A stretch of DNA of 58,039 nucleotides from NCBI RefSeq assembly GCF_004010195.1, contig NC_057750.1, positions 17,137,009-17,195,047 on the forward strand, given 5' to 3'. A model generated the notes under the pieces. The model did no database searches, was not told the DNA's origin, and worked only from the letters and a program-made list of their open reading frames with translations. The translations under genes and the position numbers were made by a program. Source of the DNA: Chiloscyllium plagiosum (taxonomy: Eukaryota). Shown one piece after another: positions 48,781 through 58,039 of the stretch. The first letter of the stretch is position 1, and each line of letters begins with the position of its first letter.

Positions 48781-50902
48781 AAGCAGAGAATAATAATTAT
48801 GGAGAAATTCAACTTTCCTGATATTAATTTGGTAGGTGAAGCTGACAGAGGAATAGAGTTCCTACTGAATTCCTTTCTAACCCAATGTCGAAAAAGCCCA
48901 ACAAGAAAAGAGTTGCCATTGGATTTATTGATGAGAAATGCACACCATCAGGTAGGAAAAGGAAAAGTAAACAACATCCAGATTTCTGTGTCATCCTTCC
49001 AGCTCACAGGGAAATTTGAAAAGTGAGTGGATGAGCTATGTGTGGGCTGGGCTTTGGGCCGTGAGCCATACCTTTTGCTAAAGGGCTGGTGGCTGTGTCT
49101 TGGGCTGGGTTAGGTGGAGCAGCCTTTTGCTCGGGGCCATGGGCTATGGTGTTTGATGGAGTCTGTGTCCTTTGCCAGGAGCTGTCGTTTTGCCAGGAAC
49201 AGGAGTCGGGGGAACCATCTGCTGGGTCTAATGAAGGAGTGGGGTGACACAAATACTGGGAGAGGGAGGAGCTAGATAAAGAAGTGTGGGAGGGAAGAAG
49301 AAGGAGATACAGGAGGGGATGGGATGGAAGAGGCTGCAAGCAATGTATAAGACGGAGAAAGGAAGGAGATCTGAAGGGTGACTGTGAAGGAGACCGCAGG
49401 GCTGGTGGTGGAGTGGAGCAGTTAGGGAAGCTGTCAGGGAGAAAACATTTTATGTCTATTAATAAAGAAACACTCAGCACACTGGAAGCCAAGAAAACTT
49501 GAATTCAACAAAATAAAGAATTCTTTGCAAATGAATATTGATCTCTAGTTTAAGGTTGCATAATTTCAGAAATTAGTTTATTTTGAGAAAATGCAGAAGA
49601 TACTATTATAATGTGAATTGTTAAATTTAAATCTGAGTTTTCCTTGTGTGTCGTGGCTTAAATTTAATGGATAGGTGATAATATTGAGAATATCAGTGAA
49701 TTCTTCTAATTCGGCTTCAGTATCTATGCATACATCACAAATGTCAACACAAATACAGCAAGTAATGTTACTTTGTAACTGCATCACTTAATATGGCAAC
49801 ACTATTGACTATGACATTTGTCTTGTTATGGATAAATCAAACTCCACAGGCATGAGAGAAACTTCATATTGACCAATTCAGCTTTCCTCAGAATGGAATG
49901 CTAGTATGGGACCATTAGTGCAAACCAACTCTTTAATGAGGGGTTTGATTTGATTTATTATAGTCAGATGTACCTAGGTACAGTGAAAAGTTTTATTTGT
50001 GAGCCGTACTGGCAGATCGTAACAAGCAAGGACATACAAATCATACAGTGCTTAGACAGAGTGAGGCATATACTGCACAGAAAATGCATGAAGCAAGATC
50101 AACATTAACAAGATCAACATTATTTGAAGTTAGAGAGTTCATTCATCAGTCTAATAATGGCAGGGAAGAAGCTGTCCCTGAACTTGCTGGTGTTCAAGCT
50201 TCTGTACCTTCTGCCTGACAGAAGAGGTTGTAGGAGATCATTACAAGGTATGATAGATCGTTGATGATGTTGGCAGCCTTTCCACAACAACGGGCCATGT
50301 ATATGGAGTCCATAGATGGGAGGTTGGCATCCATGATGGTCTGGGCTGTGCGCACAACATTGTGTAGTTTCTTTCGGTCGTGGCAGAGCAGTTGCTGTAC
50401 CAGGTTTCACACCCAGACTGTATGCTTTCTATAGTGCATTTGTAAATGTTGGTTAGGGTCCTTATGCTGAATTTCCTAAGCCACCTGAGGAAGACGAGGT
50501 ATTGTACCTTCTTGACTGTCACTTCTATCATCACCCCCAGGAACTTGACACTCTCAACCTCCACTCCTTGATGTAGATGGGGACGTATTCTCTGGCTTTC
50601 TTTCTGAAGTCATTGATCAGTGTTTTTGTTTTACCGACAACATTGCACCACAACACCAAGCCCTCTATCTCCTTTTTGAATTCTGACTCATTGTTGTTTT
50701 ATCCATCCTACCATGGTAGTGTCATCAGCAAACCCGTAGATGGCATTCGTTCAGAATTTTGCTACACAATCGTGGGTGTACAGGAAGTACAGAGGAGGAC
50801 TGAGAATGCATTCTTGTGGGGCTCCACTGTTGAGGGTTACCATGGAGGAGATGCAGTTGTCAATCTTCACTGATTGCGGTCTGTGGGTCAGGAAGCTGAG
50901 GA

Positions 50903-51132
50903 AATGTGTTGCTGGAAAAGCGCAGCAGGTCAGGCAGCATCCAGGGAACAGGAGAATCGATGTTTCAGGCATAAGCCCTTCTTCAGGAAGGGCATAAGCC
51001 CTTCTTCCTGAAGAAGGGCTTATGCCCGAAACGTCGATTCTCCTGTTTCCTGGATGCTGCCTGACCTGCTGCGCTTTTCCAGCAACACATTTTCAGCACT
51101 GATCTTCAGCATCTGCAGTCCTCACTTACTCC
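50903..51132. mobile_element. Hairpin Penelope-pLTR insertion nested in Rex1
   Basis: Same family as 22464-22674. TSD of 15 bp, TCAGGAAGCTGAGGA (50888-50902 / 51133-51147). Confidence 0.88.
51008..51035 (+). ncRNA. Minimal hammerhead ribozyme core
   Basis: CUGAAGA-a-GGGC(UUAU)GCCC-GAAA-C-GUC, identical to 22553-22580. Confidence 0.6.
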
Positions 51133-51489
51133 TCAGGAAGCTGAGGATCCAGTTGCAGAAGGCAGAGCCGAGACCGTAGATCTCAGAGTTTTGCCATCAA
51201 TCTGGAAGGGATAATGGTGTTGAAGGTGGAGCTATAGTTGATAAGTAGGAGTCTGACATAGGTGTCCTTGTTGTCCAGATTTTCCAGGGATGAGTACAGG
51301 GCTGGGGAAAGGCATCCGCTGTTATGTCAGTAGAAAAATTGCAGGGGATTGAGGCAGGCAGAGAGGTTAGAGTTGACCTGGGCCGTGACCAGCTTGTCAA
51401 AGCACTTCATGATTAGGGAGGTCAGAGCCACTGGGCGGTAATGGTGAATATGTTTAGGATCTCACGTCAATGAAGCTAAGCAGCTTTCT

Positions 51490-51720
51490 TTCTGTTGTGG
51501 TATGTACATGGTCATGCTGTGTAGATGATCTTAAGATGTGACAGCAGCAAAGAGATGAGTGTGCCATAATACAACCCTGTTTGACACCAGTGCAGGTCTA
51601 AAAGGTGTTTGATGTTATCTTGTCATCACTGATTTTACCTATCACGTTATGATTGAAAAGATAAAGAACACATTGAGCAGCAGCGGACAGCCAGTATACT
51701 CCAACAACTTAAGTAGACCC
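51490..51720 (-). mobile_element. RTE-type LINE RT remnant
   Basis: Minus-strand LLEYTGCP and TGVKQGCIMA resemble the RTE GVKQGCVLAP motif. Confidence 0.5.
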
Positions 51721-53359
51721 TGATGCTCCAAACACATGTGGTTGTGAGTCAGGGATGGGGCTACTGGCTCATCTCTGAAAGATGCCTAATTGTCTGGGAT
51801 AATTCAATCATAGGGCGATCAGTTGGAATAAAGAAAGCCCTGGTCTCTGGAACACATCCTCTGCATGAGGGAACCAGTCTGAAGGAACAGCGAGAGCGCG
51901 AGGGGCAGCAGTGATCAGGGTTGGAGGTGGGAAGGCTGCAATTAGCAGATCTGGAGGTGGAGAGGACAGAGGAAGTAGGACCGGGGCATGGGGAGGCATG
52001 ATATATCACAGCCAGGGGCTGAGAGGGAGAGGTCAAGCAAGAAGAAGGACCACAGTGCATTATTCTTCGACAAAGTCAACCTTGATTTAGAAAATTTCAT
52101 TTCAGGTTTTACTTATTTTATTCAACCCATTCAGAAATGTTATGACACGCAGCAGAGGAGGTTGGGACTTGAACCCTGACATTCTGGCCCAGATGTGGGG
52201 ACACTACCAGCCTACACCAACCTTTGAGGTTTTATCTTGAGTCATTTAGTGTTTATGCTATTGTTTAGAATAGGGTGGTGGGTTATTTGAGATAGGATGG
52301 TTATTTATGCTTCAATTTTTAATGAGGGTGACAAGTTTAGGGTGAATAGGTTTGGTGTAAAGTACCCCCTCCCCACCTCCTGCCAATGTTGACTATTGGA
52401 AAAGTAGCTTTGAATATTTGCTGAGGTTCGACTTATTCCTTTGTAGTGGCTCATAATCTCTTGGCTCCTGCAATGCTGCCACTGATTAAAGGAAAATCTC
52501 CTTACCTCAGAATGGCTTCCTTCTCCGCAGTTGGAACTGAAATGCTGGCAGATCTGGATTAATTAGCCTGGCAAAAATCACATCATTTTCTGCATTTCAG
52601 CGTTCTGTGGGAGTAAAAGTGACACCCTGAGAAGTCTTTGGAAATAAATATTTACAGTTGAGATTTTTTCTTTGTGCTTTTGCTCAAAACAACTCACCCA
52701 GTTACTGTTATCCATGTGAACAATATCTCAGAGTCTTAGAATGAGTCCAATAAACAAAAGACCTCAGGCCTGTTTCAGGCTCCCTCTGAGAATTTGTGAT
52801 GCCTGGAGGAGAAGTGACATTGGATTGCATGTGTTCTCTTGCTCAACCCCGGTGGGGTTGTGAAACAATCAATCTTATTTTAGGTTAAATCTGTGTGTGT
52901 ACTCCTCCCAATTCTAAGAGTGTAGCTGACAGCTACTGCTGGCTGTGACAGCCCCTTGCAGTATATACCTCAAGGCAGCTCCTATTGAGGTTGGCTCCCG
53001 AAATCCATCCTGGAGGAGGGCAGGTACCAGACGATTGGCAAAATGACGCACAAGATCCAATTTTGGGCTAGCTTAGGAACACATGCTATCCAGAAAAAAG
53101 GTTTCCTGCCAGAGTACAGCCTGTTAGCTGCAGAAAACCTGTCGGCACACACTCCTGCCTCTCCTCTTCCTCCTTCATGATCTTTCACAAACATCACAAG
53201 ATGCAAGGTATTGCAGCTGTGAACTGTGCTGCAATAGGCTGAGAATAAACTGCAGTAATCTGATGAAGCCTCACAGCTCACTCAACTTGACATCTTGCAT
53301 AAGATCAGAGTCTCACTGCAGAACTCTGTGCTTATAACTATTGGCTGTTATTTATTCTG

Positions 53360-54820
53360 TTGAGGCTGATATTTATTGCCCATCCATAACTGTCCTTGAG
53401 AAGGTGATGGTGAGCTACATTCTTACACCGCTGCAGTCCTTGTGCTGTAGGCAGAGCAACAATGCTGTTAGCGAGAGACTTCCAGTACGTTGACCCTGCA
53501 GTACTGAAGGAACAGCATTATATTTACAGATCAGGATGGTGAGTAGCTCAGAGGGGAACTTGCATTTGATGGTGTTCCCATATATCTGTTGTCCTAGGTG
53601 GTAGAGGTAGTAAGTTTGGGAAGGTTGAAGCGCTGTTGAAAGAACCTTGGTGAGTTCTGGAGTGTGTCTTGTAGATAGTACACACTGCTGCTATAGCGTG
53701 TCGGTGGTGGAGAGTGTGGAGAGAGAGGTGGTTAATGGGATACCAATCAAGTGGGCTGCTTTATCATGGTGGCTAATGGTGTTGAGCTTCTTCAGTGTTG
53801 TTGGAGCACTGCCCATTAAGGTGGAGAAATTGATTGAAATTAATTTTTGTCCCTTTTCTCCTTTTTCCTACACTTTCAGTGTGAAGGTTGAGAAGGAACC
53901 TCATCGAGGTGTGTATGATTGTGAGGGACATAAATACATAGGGTAGACAGGAAGACACTTTTTTTCCACAAGTAGATGTGTCAATAACAAGGAAACATAG
54001 ATTTGAACTGAGAGGTAGAAGGCTGAGGGGAGAATTAACAGGAATTGTTTTCAACCAGAAGATGGTGGAAGACTGGATCTCACTTACCTGAAAGGAAGGT
54101 TGAATCAAAATCTCTCGTAATATTTAAGCAGTACTTAGACATGCACTTGCATTGCAATATCCTCCAGGGCTATGGACCAACAACTGGAAAACAGAATTTG
54201 TGTAGTCAGATCTTTATCGGCTGGCTTGGACAGAATGATCCAAATGGCCTGTAGCTGTGCAGTAAACATCTACGGGTCTACTCCCATCAATGACTTCACA
54301 CATCTGAGCTTTGAAAGCAAGTTTTCTGATGGCAACAAAAACACAGGAGTCATTAATTGCCAGGTCCAATCACTTCCATATCCAGTCCCAATAGTTTGGA
54401 TGTTGATGTGTGCAAACTTCCGTTAACTGCTATAGCAAAGGAATTATTACAGTTGTCTGCACAAACATCTTGCATTTGTATTACATCTTTCACAGAGTTA
54501 AAAACCCTCAAGGCACAACACAAGAGCAATTTTCAAATGAACATTGGTCAAAAATTGGGCAGGTTAGACTAAATAGGTTTTAAGGAACATCTTAAAGAAA
54601 GGGAGCAAGAGAGAGATTGAAAGGAAGAGCTATTTAGGAGAGAAATGCACAGCTTAGGACCCAGACAGGCTGAGGAATTGACGATCTTTGGTTCTGTGAT
54701 TAAAGTCGGCGAGACAAAAGAGTTCAGAATTATAGGAGAGCAAAGTGGGTTGGTGGAGGTTACAGACCCAGGGACATCATGATTGATTTGAAAAACATGA
54801 AAATTTTAAAATTGATTTAA
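53360..54820. mobile_element. Old LINE 3' remnants (CR1-group minus 53360-53820; CR1 plus 53880-54270; L2-like minus 54470-54820)
   Basis: Recognisable 3' tails shared with other copies in the window, e.g. ccaatcaagtgggctgctttatc and tttattgcccatcc. Confidence 0.6.
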
Positions 54821-54839
54821 ACTCTGGACCATTGTTAGA

Positions 54840-55005
54840 GTTGGTTAGCTCACTTGGTCGGATGGCTGGGTTTGCAAGCCTGAGGACTGTCCTTCTTAGC
54901 TTCTCCCCTCACCTGAGGTGTGGTGACCCTCAGGTTAAACCATCACTGGTCATCTGTCTCTAATGAGAGTGCATGCCTGTTGTTGTCAGGACTATGGTGA
55001 CTTTA
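54840..55005 (+). mobile_element. Short SINE-like repeat (inverted partial copy at ~55695-55820)
   Basis: tRNA-like head ggttagctcacttgg, then cctcacctgagg..ggtgaccctcaggttaaaccatcac. The reverse-complement copy lies at 55695-55820. Confidence 0.55.
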
Positions 55006-58000
55006 GAACAAAAGAATAAGAAATAGGAGCAGGGGTAGGCCATCCGGCCCATTGAGCTTGCTTTGCCATTCAATAAGATCATGGCTGATCTTTTCATGGC
55101 CTCAATTCCACTTAACCGCCTACTTATCATAACCATTAATTCCTTCACTGTTCAAAAATCTATCTACCTTTGTCTTAAAAAGATCAATGAGGTAGCCTCA
55201 ACTGCTTTACTGGGCAGGGAATTCCACAAATTCACAACCCTTTGGGTGAAGATGTTCCTCCTCAACTCAGTCCTAAATTCCCTTTTATTTTGAGGCTATG
55301 ACTCTCATTCTAGTTTCACCCACCAGTGGAAACAACCTCCCTACTTCTATCTTCACTATTCATTTCATAATTTTATATGTTTCTATAAGATTCCACCTCA
55401 TTCTTCTAAGTTCCAATGAGTATAGTCTCCTCATAAGTCAACCCTGCTAATTCCGGAATCAACTTAATGAGCCGCTTCTGTGCCCCCTCTCGTGCCAGTA
55501 CATTCTTTCTCGGTTAAGGAGACCAAAACTGTGCATACTACTCCAGGACCCAATACAGCTACAGCATAACCGACTAACCCCATCCAACCGACTGAGCTAA
55601 GCAACTCTAACAAAGATCCAGAGTACGTCTTTAGTTATGTAAAAATTGTCATCTGATTTCAATCAATGATTAGATTAATAAAAGGTAACGTGATAGGTGA
55701 CTGGTGATGGTTTAACGTGAGGGTCACCTTGCCTCAGGTGAGGGGAGGTGAGGTGAGGGGAGAGGAGAGGCTAAGAAGGACAGTCCTTCATGGTAACCTC
55801 AGCCTTGCAAATCAGCCATCTCTCTGGCAATGAAGGACAAAATTCCATTTGCCTTCTTAATTACCTGCTGCATCAGCAAACCAACATTTATGATTCATGC
55901 ACAAGGACACCCAGATCACACTGCACAGCTGCAATTTTTCACTGTTTAAATAATAGTCCAATCTGCATATCACTTCAGCCACATTAACCTAAATCGTCAA
56001 ACTCACTCTGTAATGTCATCAGAAATGTCAAGCGTGTTAGCAAACATGATTTCTTTTTGACAAACTGTACTGGCTTTCCTTAATTAATCAATGTAAGATC
56101 ATAAGAAATAGAAGCACGAACATGACTATTTCTTTCCAGGTTATCATTTTAAAAGCTTAGCCACAGCCACATTACACTGACTGACCTGTGGGTACTAAGT
56201 TTACGCTTAAACCCTGTGTTTCCCAGTACTCTGGCACCACCCCTGAGTCAAAGGAAGATTCAAAGATTATATGGCTAGGAGCTCTCACTTCCCTCAATAT
56301 CTTTGCTTGCACTTCATCTTCTCCTAGTGATTTATCAACTTCAGCACAGCCTCTTTCTCAATTTTTAACCTATCCAGTGTGTCAACTAACTCTATTTCAG
56401 CTTCACCTTCACCTTTTTCTTTAGATCCCTACGTATGAAAGGAGGCAATTTGGCCCATTGAGTCTGTACTGACCCTCTGAAGAGCATCCCACCCCCATAT
56501 CCTATCCCTGGGACCTTACATTTCCTATGACTAATCCACCTAGCCTGCACATCCCTCGACATTATAGGCAATTTACCATGGCCAATCCACCTAACCTGCA
56601 CATTGTTGGACTGTGGGAGGAAACCGGAGCACCCGGAAGAAATCCATGCTGACACAGGGAGAATGTGCAAGCTCAATGCAAACAGTTGCCCGAGGGTGGA
56701 ATCGAACCCGGGTCCCCCGTGCTGTGAGGCAACAGTGCTAACCCACCATACTGCCCATGCCCCTTAAGTGAGGACAAGTAGAAAGTATTCTATTTGTACT
56801 TCAGCCTTGCCCCTGTTTCTGAGCATACATTATTTTCTTGGTCCACAACTGACCACACCCCTCCTTTTACTACCCTATTCCTATTTATAATATATAGAAG
56901 ACTTTTGGATTCCTTTCTTGTTAGCTACCATCTCTTCTCATACCCTGTTTTTATTACCTTTCTCAATTCCCTTCTGAAACTTCTATATTCAGCCTGGAGT
57001 TAGGTTGCATTATCCAGTATCTCTTCCATCAACTAGCGAGTTCTGGCTTTGTTTGCCCTTTTCCGCTCCTCCCATTAAGTAGATCTTGATTTTACCTGAA
57101 CCATCTCCAACTTAAAGATAGCCCATCATGGCGTTACAGTTTTTTGTGCCAATCTTTGATTCCAATTTTAGTGTGATTGGCCTAAATCTGGTTGTCTGCA
57201 CATGCGCAAATTGGTGGTGAGTCACTGAGTCAGAATGCACATGTAGTTGATAGTCAATGTCTCTCTCTCTCTCTCACTCTCAGATGGAGTGAGCAGAATC
57301 AGCTAATCAACTATTCACTGTTACTCAGTTTCCTTGTTACTCATACTCACTTTGCAGAGTTCCCTTGTGGCACAGAGATAGTGTCCCTGTCTCCAGATTT
57401 AAGTCCCACCTATTCCAGACTGCCAGGTCTGTTTTGATCCCTCTTAAATTCAAGTTAAATGTTTTTACACTGCATCTTTCCTTGGCCTTTCCCATAGCAA
57501 ATTAAACTATATGTTCTGCAACATTAGGCATTATTGTTTAGTTTATTGCCATAAGCACAATAAATACAACTAAGATGCCACAAGAACATCCTCTGCCCTC
57601 CTGTTAAATGATAGACAATAGGTGCAGGAGTAGGCCATTCTGCCCTTCGAGCCTGCACCACCATTCAATATGATCATGGCTGATCATCCTCAATCAGTAA
57701 GCTGTTCCTGCCTTATCTCTATAACCCTTGATTCCACAATCCTTGAGAGCCCTATCCAAATCTTTCTTAAACAAATCCAGAGACTGGGCCTCCACTGCCT
57801 TCTAGGGCAGAGCATTCCACACAGCCACCACTCTCTGAGTGAAGAAGTTTCTCCTCATCTCTGTCCTAAATGGCCTACCTCTTATTTTTATGCTGTTCTG
57901 GTTCGGGACTCACCCATCAGCGGAAACATGTTTCCTGCCTCCAGAGTGTCCAATCCTTTAATAATCTTATACGTCTCAATCAGATCCCCTCTCAGTCTTC

Positions 58001-58039
58001 TAAACCCAAGGGTATACAAGCCCAGTCACTCCAATCTTT
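55005..58039 (-). mobile_element. Stacked CR1 fragments (55005-55560, 55820-57170, 57610-58039)
   Basis: CR1 tails (gtaggccattctgcccttcgagcctgcaccaccattcaatatgatcatggctgatc) and decayed ORF2 pieces. Confidence 0.75.
56424..56757 (-). mobile_element. HE1-like SINE
   Basis: Reverse complement of the head (atcgaacccgggtcc..gctgtgaggc) and of the V-domain. Confidence 0.9.

Larger units (their letters stand above)
49945..51442 (-). mobile_element. Rex1/Babar-type LINE 3' half
   Basis: FLTHRPQSVKIDN...TLNSGAPQECILSPPLYFLYTHDCVAKF, VESVKFLGV and LLSGRRYRSL...FRDSFFPAIIRLMN. Confidence 0.85.

Overview
Eukaryotic, repeat-saturated vertebrate genomic DNA with three assembly gaps. The repeat content (HE1/V-SINE-like SINEs, HER1/CR1-type LINE tails, Penelope-like elements, a Deu-domain SINE, L2, Rex1/Babar, RTE) points to a cartilaginous fish, probably a shark; this is an inference from repeat recognition. 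I could not identify an intact host protein-coding gene. The longer listed ORFs are decayed transposon fragments, translated minisatellites or N-gap artefacts. The main resolvable structures are: (1) an internally deleted Gypsy LTR retrotransposon (12946-16514, GAAAC target-site duplication [TSD]) whose 3' LTR carries two copies of a small hairpin-bearing retro-insert at the TATA box; (2) four solo or partial LTRs; (3) a near full-length decayed Penelope-like element interrupted by a 402-bp fold-back made of two outward-facing LTR-like ends; (4) three hairpin Penelope-derived insertions with long TSDs, two of them with intact hammerhead cores; (5) Harbinger remnants, with a 42-bp minisatellite that seems to have arisen from the start of a Harbinger Myb/SANT gene; (6) two further large minisatellites; (7) a few non-repetitive islands with candidate exons or promoters. 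Family names come from motif recognition only, and boundaries of decayed repeats are approximate.
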